From Setoptus koraiensis (lineage: Eukaryota > Animalia > Arthropoda), in NCBI GenBank assembly GCA_048013815.1, contig CM106586.1:22382001-22446000 (forward strand): a DNA stretch of 64,000 bases. The letters run 5' to 3'. Shown here piece by piece: positions 50,596 through 61,217 of this stretch (positions within the stretch are counted from its first letter, which is position 1; each line of letters begins with the position of its first letter). The notes under the pieces were generated by a model. The model had not been told where the DNA came from. It did not search any database and saw nothing but the letters and a program-made list of their open reading frames with translations. The position numbers and the translations under genes were made by a program.

Positions 50596-53500
50596 CTGCA
50601 ATTATAAATGTGAGTGGTGGTTTGTTATGGGTACAATGTGAAGATAATAGTGCTAATGTTATTTTCTCTATGCGTTTTATAATAATATATATATTTGTGT
50701 TGTGAATTAATTGAATTAGTATGTATATATTTATGTAATAATATATAATCTATATCTATTTGTGTGTGTAAATATGTGTAAGGTGCGGTGTCTATATGTG
50801 TACTAAATATATATTAAATTAATAATAATATTCCTAAATCAATGTAGATATTTGTTGTCATTATATTAATAATGATCTCTGTATCAGATTAGTTATCATA
50901 AATTTTGATTGTTGTTGTTTAAATATATATATCGTTGATAATAGTATTAATATAAAAGTCCTCATATCATCTCCTATGTAGCATATCTCAGGCTGTGCGG
51001 GTGTGAATAGTATTATTGTTGATGTTGTTGTGTCTGAAGAAACAGCTATAGAATGTCAACGTTGAATGCAATAAATAATAATATTCATATCCATATAGAC
51101 ACACGAGAATAGATATAGACATAGATATAACTATATATCTATATCTATATATTCATATATATAAATATAAATATGATCGCCAGCGGCAATTTAATCATTC
51201 ATTCTTTTGATTGACGCTGTTGTGTGTGATGGTGATTTTGTGATTTTTACAATTATATAATATTATTTTGTTTTGGTTCCTCATTGTTGTTGTGTTTCAA
51301 TAGAATATGGTGATAATAGTATAGTATAAAATATAATAGTAATAATAATAATAATAGTGTGTTCGAGGTCGTCGTCGACGTCGTTGTTGTTGTTCGTGCT
51401 AATGTTCGCTAGCAAATCATTGACTTTGAGAGCCGATCTTCTATAGTAGTCGTCGTCTAACAATGTTGCACGGCGATCATACATACTGGGTGTGAGCCTC
51501 AAAGTTGCCACCCAACATTAAAATGTTCTACGCAGCGTTCCACAGTGCACTTTGTGGCGCACACAAGCAAGCAGGAGGCACAGAAAGCATAATTCGTAGC
51601 AGCGACGTGGTTAGCCAATATAAACAAGTGGCACAGTTTACATAAACGGATAATTATCACTTGCGCTGGCAATACACACACTTACATTGACGTTTTATAC
51701 GTTGCCATCACCATCATGCCTATCGGAGATGGACACAAATTCGTGTACAATTGTTATAATGTGTCTGGCAATATGCACACCGGCTAACGGAGGCGCCCCG
51801 AGCCCCAGCTAACGGCGGCCCCAGGGCACTACACACATAAATAGCGTACTGCTGCATAAATGTTACATAAATGTTCCTGCACACGAGACACTTTTCGCAC
51901 AGTTTTAAACTTCTTTGTACATGGGCGAGCTCTGCTGACTGCGGACAGTGCGTACCGCTGCTGCAGCCTGCAGCATGCAAGCAGATGAGATGCACTGCAC
52001 AATGCCTGCGTACAACATTTGCGCCTATTGACGCGTTCTGACGTAAACACCCTTACTTCGCATCAGCGAGTGCAAGCATGCATTTGTGTGTGCGACTTGG
52101 CTCAATTGAGCACACAAACAAAAACACTTTGTATGCCTGCAAATTGTTCGACGCACACACTGGCTATAGCTGCAGCACTGGTGTAAAAAATCCAAAAAAA
52201 AAATTGTTCACAACCTCTCTATACCAGCCCACACTAGACACACACAGAGATAGCCCAGGAAGAGTGTGTGCACGGGGTACATAAGTCCCAACCACACACA
52301 CCACTGCGGGAGCGGACAGCAACAAAGGCACGACAGTAACACACACCTACAAACTAAAACACAACACCCTGTGTGATCAATACCACTTTCAAAAAATCCA
52401 AATTTTAATTAAAAACACACAACACACACACACTATGCGGCGAGTAGTGAGAGTGCACATCTAACCGACGTACATGGACCTATAACTCTACCCCCTGTCA
52501 CCCAAACCCAAAACAACCAACAGACCTCCGTCCGAATACGATCCCCACTACAGGCCCCACACGACCATCCAGACATCCACGCAGACGCTATCTCTACTAA
52601 ATCTTAGCTTTCTATATTTTTGTATTAGATGTTAGGTCAAAATAAGAGTGAGAGGTGGCCGGGCTAGATCTTGCTGGTGGGGGGTGAGCGAGCGAGAGTG
52701 AGCGGCTATGCTATGAGTGAGAGAGTGAGATGAGAGAGCCAATTTAGATTATATCAGAGATATGAGTGCGGCGAGAGCGATACATACACACAGCGATTAC
52801 TGCAGCGTAAGTGTAGGATATTAGAGGGGGAGAATTATCTAAAGCTAAGCGTAAAATTAACATATACTATAAAACTGAGTGCTAGAATTTGAGTTGGGGG
52901 TATAAGTATAGGGAGAGGAAGATTAGGATGAGAGATTAGGGGTAAATATTTAGGTGGGGAATAATAGAAGATTTGGGATAGGGATTAGAATTATGAGATA
53001 ATATTTGAGGGGAGAGTAAATGCGTATTTAGATATAATATTGGTGGGGAGAAAAGTATATAGATATTGGGAGGAGTAGGAGAAGAGATTTGAAGATAGAT
53101 AGTAGAAGAGTTGATGTATTGATGTTGTTGGTAGTGTGAGAGAGTGAGTGGGGAAATGAGAGATGGATGAATATGGAAATGAGTAATTAGAAGGAAATAG
53201 AGTGAGAGTATGAGAGAACGTAGAATATTAGGTTGATGATGAGTATAGATGTTGATTAGTAAACGCGGCCATGTAGATTGTTGCACGATAGTTCGCTGAA
53301 ATTATCGATTGCATAAAGTGCATCAGTGCACGAAGCAAACAATGATGAGGCAAACAATAGCCGATCGCGCAACTAACAACCGCACGAACAACGCAAACCA
53401 TTTGAACTTTGTTGTTGTTTTGCAATGGCAGCTTAGGTGGTCAAGTTCGTTGTAGGCACACTCACTTATGATGTGTGTGTGTGTGTGTGTGCTCATTGCG

Positions 53501-55506
53501 TCCAATCCAACTTTGTTCGCAAAGTTGAATACAAAGTTGTAAGCTGCGAACAAAGAACCATTCATTGTTTCCCGAAATAAATAAAATGTTTATCCGCAAA
53601 GTGAATCGCTCTTCATTGTTTACAATCATCACTCCCTGTCGTCCGAATTATGCAATCATAATCAAAAGTAGTGCCAAACCCGCTACCAGTAATGCACGCC
53701 ACTGACCATTTCATAGTCATAGAGAACGCTGTTCGTTAGTTACGTTATAGATGATCGCATAGCGGTCAATCAACGAACTATAATCCATTATAATGCTGAC
53801 TCACAACCTAATGTACTGCCGCCTAACCTCAGCAAAGTGGCCCTCTGAAACTACAGCTTGCATAAGCATATCCGTCATGCGATATGCGACCCTTTTTAGT
53901 TACACAAACATAGATCAGTTTTACTCTGGCAAATGCATGTGCAGTCCACCGGATACCACTTCGTTAGATGTGCTATTTGAATCATAATAATCTAGAAATG
54001 TTCGTAATAATGTAACAACCATTACACTGCACGGGTTCGTTCAGACTTTCAACTTGCTATGATAATTTACGCCACTATATTGTAATCATCGAATTGTGTG
54101 TTCAATAGATTCCCCATGTAAGTCAGTCCAAGTCTATGAATGGCTCGCATGACATGTCGGTCGCTACGTGTATGAGGTCTGGGAGTATATATAGGTCTAT
54201 GAATAAACTAACCATAGAATAGTGATACTTGACTTGGTGTGTAGCGAGACCCTCATTGAATTTAGCAACCAGGAGGATTGATTATAATCTTTGAGTTGTC
54301 AGTAGTAGATTCAGAAAAGTTATTAACGTCAAAGATGAACCAGATATCAGTAGCCGCATTATTGAAATTCATCTTGGGACTCAAATATTAATTCAATCCC
54401 TAGAAATACAGACACCGCTATCTCCGACAACAGTCATACAGGCTCCCCTGATATTCTGCCGCCGCCGCAGTTTGGATCCTGAGATGGCCAGTGTGCAGTG
54501 GACAGTTTCAATCTAGTTTCGCTCAAATGATTTCGATAGAATAGAGTCGTTCGGAAAATAGAAGAAAATAGTGCGTGAAAACTTTCAAATTTCATTTAGA
54601 ACTGACTTTTATTCTGTTTGGTTCCTCACTTTTATCACGACAATTCATAGTTGGATATCTATCCTTTGTCGCAACACTAACAATAGATTATTCTTAGTTT
54701 TCATTTGAGCATCTGCTCACTGGATTGACTTACATTGTGTGCATTGTAAATTAGGAGTTTCTAAACTCTTCAATGTCTATTGAAACAAAGAACAGAAAGT
54801 TGATGGATAGACTGCGACAAAATTATGAATAGTAACAAAGATTATCAATACAAAGGACAAATATAAGCTTCTATTCTAGTCTAATATTGTCGGGGTGATA
54901 GTAAATTCGATAATATGTATGAGTAGAATTTCGATAGGTCCGATGAATAAGGTTTTTAGGTAGCTTGTTTGGATAGCTTGTTTGTTCTCTGGAGGCTCGA
55001 ACAATAGTGACTCTATCAATTGATTATTCATTCATCATATAAGTAATCTTTCGAGTAATTATGGATGCTAGAATTAAGCAGTTACAAAAGAAGCTGCAAA
55101 CTATCTTGTCAAAAACAAACTACATTGAATCTAGAGTTTAAAAAAAGTTGGATATTCATTCACAAGGTTGAAGCTTTACTTGTTTTATTGTTCATAATTT
55201 ACTTAGATATTTCGCTTGTTATTTTTGTTGTCGAATATTATATTCTTTTAGTCGACATTTTTTTGAGTTTTCATCTGTGTTCGCGCTTCCACTTATCATA
55301 TCTTGCTTTCTACATTGGACATAGAATTAATTAAGTTCCTGACTACGCAAGATTAAGTTATGAAAGTCGGAAGTTGTGAATTCATCCGATTTATCTTCTA
55401 TGAAAGTGTGTAATTCACGAGATTTTTCTTATACTTTCTGCTTTCATCATGATGATCCTGATTTGTATCTGTTTGCAATCATTATTTTGTCAATTGTAAA
55501 ACATTA

Positions 55507-57624
55507 CTATCTGGTGTTCTTGTACTTCATTCCAAAATCATCAGTGTCATCAAAAAGGTTATCATGGATATCTACACTCAAGTCCACTAGCTGCATCGAT
55601 AAACTTGAATTGGTATCCATAGTTAATTGACTTATATTATAATTTGTTTCGTGTAATAGCTTCTTGTGCTCTCGCAAGTGCGTTAAACGCGAAAATGAAC
55701 GTTCACACATGTCGCACTGATGAGGTCTGATTCCCGAGTGTGTCATAATGTGAGCCTTCAGCTTATCTGGTCTGTTGAATTCCTTTGGGCAACCAGTGAG
55801 GGGTTTAAATGGGCATTTGTATTTCTTGAAAGGTTCGTGCGTCAATTTGTGACGATTAAGTTTGTCACGGCGATTGAACGCAGCATCACATAGATTACAT
55901 TGAAATGGTTTTTCGCCGGTATGTACAATTTTATGCATTTTGAGGTAAGCGGCTGTCTTAAATTGTTTATCACAATAGGTGCACACATGTAATATTGTAG
56001 CATGAGTGTTGAGATGTCTCCTCAGGTATCTTTCACATGGAAACACCTTGTCGCATTCGGTGCATGGATAATGATGCGATGATATGGAAGTATGATGCTC
56101 CAGGGCTGCGAGAGTGGTATATCTGTTCATACATTTAGGGCAACGATAATACTTTTGGGCACCATTACGAGTCTGCTTTTGATAGAGTTGTTGTTTCGTT
56201 TGTACATTTTGATCGGAATTTGTCGCTGTATATAACGATGTTTGCTGTAGCGATTGATGATGGAGGTCCTGCTCTTGTTGTAACTGATGAGTATTTGTTT
56301 GAGTTAGCATATTGTGCTCATGCTGGTGATAGCCAAGCTCATTGAGAGAATCAAATTGACTGCTACATAAGTGACAACGATAAACAAGCTCATTTTTATG
56401 ATTGGACACATGGTCGAGGAAAGTCTTGAGATCGTGGCCCGCAAAGGTTTTTCCGCAAGTGCTAACTATGCACTTGAAAACCTTTTCTCGTTTGTGGACT
56501 GTTAAGTGACTTTTCAACTCGAAATATGTTCGACCTTGAAAGTTGCAGTACGAGCATGAGTACCTATTGTCATGGGTCGTTGCGGAATCAACTTCAATGG
56601 GTGAATCGTTGTTGTGATTGCAAAAGCCAAATGGTATGAGTGCTTCGCCTAGACTTGTGTTAGTATTATCAGAGAGCGTTCTGGCCGCATCTTTAGAATT
56701 ATCATCCGTATTATAGGGGTTGGGTGTGTTGTGAGTTGAATTAGCTGCATGCGATAGACAAGATGCAGAATTGCTGCGACTTCGCATCATGTGCCCTTCC
56801 ATATTGTGAACATTGTCAACGACATTTGAAGATGACACACCATTCTTGTTGTTGTTGTTGCTTGTCACCTGGGCATTGCTATTGTGATTGCTAGAGATTG
56901 GATTGATTGTCATGCCGTCTGGCCAGACTTTGTGTGCTTGCATGTGTTTCTTAACATTGCTCTTTTGTGCAAATCCCCTTCCGCAAACAATACACTGGAA
57001 AGGTTTCTCACCTGTATGACATCGCATATGTTGTTGGAGATCAAAATTTTTGCAAAAGGTCCTCTGACAAAAAGAACATTCTAAACGAGTGGGTCGTTCT
57101 TTGGTGGTTGATTTAATAAATTGGTGATTTGAGATTTGTGCGACCGGGTTGGTTTGTTGTTTGTTTTGTTTGGTGGTGGTGGTTATGCTGACCGTTGTAT
57201 TAGTGATGCTCTTAGCTATAGACAAGTCGGCTGGCGCTTGAGAATCATCATTGTTATTGATAATGGTGTTGTTGTTGAGGTTATTAGAGGGCAAGCCAGC
57301 AACAGGATTTGCCCGGTCAATTGAATTAATAATACCGTCAACATTGTGAGCTGAGCCAGCAGCTTGTACTGTGGTTGTTATGTCAACGCTGTTGCTGTCG
57401 ATGTGTTGCTGTTGTTGTTGCTGCTGCTGGCTGATATGACTGGCGCCGTTATTGTTGTAATTATTACTAATACGTGCATTAGGTGACGACGACAGCACCT
57501 GATCCATCTCGAAGAATGTTTGCTGCCATTCGTCCTCCAAAGACAACTGGTCCGTTAAAAGGCCAGTTGCATGGACAGCCTGAAGCTCCTTGAAAATATA
57601 CTCTGATGGAGTGACGTCCGCCAT
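55507..57624 (-). CDS. ZNF341: ZNF341-like C2H2 zinc-finger protein, 705 aa, 11 fingers, intronless
   Basis: KNFDLQQHMRCHTGEKPFQCIVCGRGFAQKSNVKKHMQAHKVWP and CPFKPLTGCPKEFNRPDKLKAHIMTHSG are characteristic of ZNF341. Confidence 0.88.
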   Translation of the reverse strand: MADVTPSEYIFKELQAVHATGLLTDQLSLEDEWQQTFFEMDQVLSSSPNARISNNYNNNGASHISQQQQQQQQHIDSNSVDITTTVQAAGSAHNVDGIINSIDRANPVAGLPSNNLNNNTIINNNDDSQAPADLSIAKSITNTTVSITTTTKQNKQQTNPVAQISNHQFIKSTTKERPTRLECSFCQRTFCKNFDLQQHMRCHTGEKPFQCIVCGRGFAQKSNVKKHMQAHKVWPDGMTINPISSNHNSNAQVTSNNNNKNGVSSSNVVDNVHNMEGHMMRSRSNSASCLSHAANSTHNTPNPYNTDDNSKDAARTLSDNTNTSLGEALIPFGFCNHNNDSPIEVDSATTHDNRYSCSYCNFQGRTYFELKSHLTVHKREKVFKCIVSTCGKTFAGHDLKTFLDHVSNHKNELVYRCHLCSSQFDSLNELGYHQHEHNMLTQTNTHQLQQEQDLHHQSLQQTSLYTATNSDQNVQTKQQLYQKQTRNGAQKYYRCPKCMNRYTTLAALEHHTSISSHHYPCTECDKVFPCERYLRRHLNTHATILHVCTYCDKQFKTAAYLKMHKIVHTGEKPFQCNLCDAAFNRRDKLNRHKLTHEPFKKYKCPFKPLTGCPKEFNRPDKLKAHIMTHSGIRPHQCDMCERSFSRLTHLREHKKLLHETNYNISQLTMDTNSSLSMQLVDLSVDIHDNLFDDTDDFGMKYKNTR

Positions 57625-58399
57625 TCTACCATATTTGTTCGGTATCTTGTGATATTTTGTGTAACTGTCAATTGATAAATTTTTGTATGGTTAATTTTGT
57701 TCAATCAACAGAATGGTTATTTATTACAATAAACATGGAAATATGGTTGTTATTGTTGTTTTTGTTGTTTATTTTTATTTTTCATTTCATCGTAAGATTA
57801 TCTTATTTATTTTGCGTGTGCGTGTGTACGTGTGCGTGAGTTAGTGCGTGTGCCTGTCTGTTTCAGTTTTTACAATATACTGTTGGTCCGTTTGTCCGTT
57901 CTACTGTACAACGATGTTTTTGAACGTTGAGCAATAATTGCTGAGCAATTCTTATGCATGTGCCTAATATAGTGCCCGCGTTCTTTACGAAACTGCTGCC
58001 CACAGTTCCATCCAAGTTCGTTAGAGGCGCTAAGAGCGCATTGTAAGTGCCCAGTCGAGCCTAAAACTGCAAACAGACATTTCTTTCTTTTTCTTTTTTA
58101 TTGATTCCTACGAATACGTGCACGCTATTTTCGATGCTTCGGGCGCACTGTGTGGCCACACGCGCTATATCCAACATATGCCAACTAGCTAACAATTCAA
58201 GGAGTAAGCAATGTAGCGCCGCCCTTGCGTACATTTCAGAAGCTCGTTGTTTGGTATTGAAAAAAGCGCACACATAACTTGATCATCAACAGTGATGCTG
58301 AGGGCACAGCGCTACCCGCGCTGGGCACTAGTTTGGCTGCAGACACGCCCATCACGCGGCCAATGTGTGGAATCGAACTGATTCAGGCTGAAATAGAAA

Positions 58400-58570
58400 A
58401 AGAGTTGTATTCTTGCTCACTCAAATATCCGGGGTCCATTGGATTCGTTTACGACAAATACTTTGAAGACATTTTATAGCGCGTTTGTGGATAGAGCTTG
58501 ACCCGGCGATTCCCGTAGCATCTGTACCAGTTGTATTTGGAGATTTCACAGGGCACACTGGGCATCGAAA
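58400..58570 (+). mobile_element. Possible remnant of a non-LTR retrotransposon APE endonuclease
   Basis: VVFGDFTGHTG (58530-58562) resembles the LGDFNAHVG motif and is preceded in another frame by FVYDKYFEDIL. Weak, single-motif evidence. Confidence 0.2.
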
Positions 58571-59266
58571 CTGCTCCATGGGGGGTAACTAGTAGAAGTT
58601 TAACTTCATCCCCATGTTATCGTTTTGGCGCCAAATACAAACTACTTTTTTTTTCTGTGTTCGAAGAAAACTTGTTATCCCCTCAATCGTTAGACTGACT
58701 ATGTGAGGCGGACAGATCGCAGGACTGTAAGCTGCCGATCTGTCGGTTATCTGCTCCAAACCCCTTCCCCAGTTCTTGCAAATTTCTCGAAATACGAATG
58801 AAAAAAAGTCCCAGCCGACAGAGAAAAAAGTATGACCGATTTCGTGACCGCAAATTCGGAGTGCAACTAACTAAATGTACTCTAGGGACATGTTTGGGCT
58901 CATCTGTTTTCGCCTGACAAGGGAAGTTCCGGACCTTACCTTGTCAGGGCTGCTCTCGTTTCAGCTGTTAAGTGCGGTTGAAGTGAATATTGGTATTTCA
59001 TATGTGAATGCGCTCGTTGCGATCTATCATCGTCAGAACAAACCAAAAAGAGATTTATTGCTCAAGTCGTAGTGTAACAAACAGTATCGAGATCACAGAA
59101 TCTGGTATTCCAACCAGTATAATCGAGCCTTCTAAGAACTCTGATGGACGCCATGATCTCATCACGGTTAGTCTGGTTGTGATTGGACACGCGATTGCGT
59201 CGTAAGCTAAAGACTCACCGAGACGGATATATTTTCGATAGCAAGATTTTGAGATTTTGTACCCGT

Positions 59267-59869
59267 ATCATTCGCGATCGTTATGTGAGAGTCTCATAAG
59301 ATCGCACAAATGACTGAAAATGCCTAATAACTCATGCAAGCTAGAAAATATGTGCACAATCTCAGAGCGGAAGTTATATCTTCCACTCACAGGCTCTCTA
59401 ATGTTGTCATCAGAGACAATAAAGCTGTCTTGGCTCATCAAAAGGTTCGTCAATAGTAGTGATCAATATTGCAACCGGATAGTCGGTGTAGCTGACAATA
59501 TGATTGAATATATTGCAAACAATTTGCATTGTTTAGAGAAAGAGATAAGCAGCAGTGTCATAAATAGCGTACATACTAAATCAATTAATTATATTTGATT
59601 GTGATAATTATAATAATAATTATGATAATAATAATGATAAATTCATATTGATGAGCGACGGAAGAAACTTCAGTGGTAACACTTGCATGAACAATTTCGG
59701 CCTACATGTCCGATTACAGGACTCAATATGGTATGATAATGTGGCTTGAGGTAATAATTGTTGTATCATGGGACTCGTTTCTGCAATAAACTGAGATAAT
59801 TGATGAGTCTCAAATGAATAAATTGATTGCCTCTCTGCTAACGAATTACTTAATTTGTATGATGTCCAA
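59267..59869 (+). repeat. Arm A of a long inverted duplication: pseudogenised copy of the TANC-like 3' coding end and downstream sequence
   Basis: Reverse complement of 60190-60298 plus 60748-61217, with scattered substitutions and indels. The coding part has a stop (MTENA-stop). Confidence 0.92.
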
Positions 59870-60189
59870 AGTGAAAAGCAAAAGTTGCAATCTAATGATA
59901 GTCCGTGTTCAAATCGATCGATGAAACTCAATATCAGCTAGTCTGTAACTGTAGAAAAAAATGACGGACGCACAGTATTCATCAACTGTTATTGTGAAAT
60001 ACTATCAAATCAAATCTAATCAGTACTAACAGCTACGAGCAATCAATATTTTTAGCAACTCCCAATTGGATGTGATATCGTACCTGGTTCACAGAGCTCA
60101 AGATTCCAGGTAGCGTCAAGAAGAGACAACTCAACAAATACGGATTGTATAGTTAGACAGTGATGGCAAGGTGCAAGTAGGGAATCAAG

Positions 60190-61217
60190 TTGGACATCAT
60201 ACAAATTAAGTAATTCGTTAGCAGCGAGGCAATCAATTTATTCATTTGAGACTCATCAATTATCTCAGTTTATTGCAGAAACGAGTCCCATGATACAAGA
60301 ATATCTGTATATGCCTGAATAAGCAAATTCAGTTATATTATACTTTTGTTCGCGAATCAATAGAAAGATGAGCCAACAATTGATACGCGCAACAATTTTT
60401 ATAACCGCTCTCCTAATGATGACGGTTTTATCTGCAAAGCCAATCGATGCCAATCATAGACGAGGCAAAACTGGGATGGAAGACTGGTCGTCTTATTGTG
60501 TTAGATGTTGGCGACCTCTATGTGAAGCTTACGACGTATGCGGTCGTCATGAATTCTCAACTCATGATGCTAAGCCAGCGCGTTGCAAATCAGTAAATAC
60601 CCATTTTGTAAAAAGTCAGCTCCAAAAAGAAGCCAGACAATCGGATGGAATTCACTGCCCACCTAAAAGTAATTTCAAATTCTAACCATATATTTTCCGG
60701 TAACGAGCTGGCATGGAAAGAATTTCAATTCAATATTTCACACTCAATACCTCATATCATACATTATCACACCGCATTCAGCCCTGTAATCGGACATGTA
60801 GGCCGAAATGGTTCATGCAAGTGCTACCATCGAAGCTTCTTTCGTCGCTTATCAATATGAATTTATTATTATTATCATCATTACTATTATAATTATCACA
60901 ATCGAATATAATTAATTGATTTAGTATGTACGCTATTTATGATACTGCTGCTTATCTCTTTCTCTGTACAATGCAAATTGTTTGCAATATATTCAATCAT
61001 ATTGTCTGTTACACCTTTTATTCGGTAGCGACTATTTGGTTGCACTATTGAACCTTTTGATGAGCCAAGCCAGCTTTATTGTCTCTGATGACAACATTAG
61101 AGGACCTGCGAGTGGAAGATATAATTTCCGCCTTGAGATTGTGCACATATTTTCTAGCTTGCATGAGATATTCGGCATTTTCAGTCATTTGTGTCTCACA
61201 TAGAGATCGCGAATGAT
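60190..61217 (-). repeat. Arm B of the inverted duplication (source locus), containing 449 bp (60299-60747) absent from arm A
   Basis: Junction comparison: arm A has TGAGGTA-ataattg-TTGTATCATGG where arm B has TGAGGTA-[449 bp]-TTGTATCATGG. Confidence 0.9.
60368..60685 (+). CDS. Orphan secreted cysteine-rich peptide, 105 aa, 6 Cys
   Basis: ATG-to-TAA ORF. Signal peptide MSQQLIRATIFITALLMMTVLSA, basic HRRGK site, CxxC plus four more Cys. Confidence 0.65.
   Translation: MSQQLIRATIFITALLMMTVLSAKPIDANHRRGKTGMEDWSSYCVRCWRPLCEAYDVCGRHEFSTHDAKPARCKSVNTHFVKSQLQKEARQSDGIHCPPKSNFKF

Noticed and set aside
52936-53286. 116-aa I/L/S/P/H-rich ORF
   Set aside because: Product of the pyrimidine-rich strand of a low-complexity tract.
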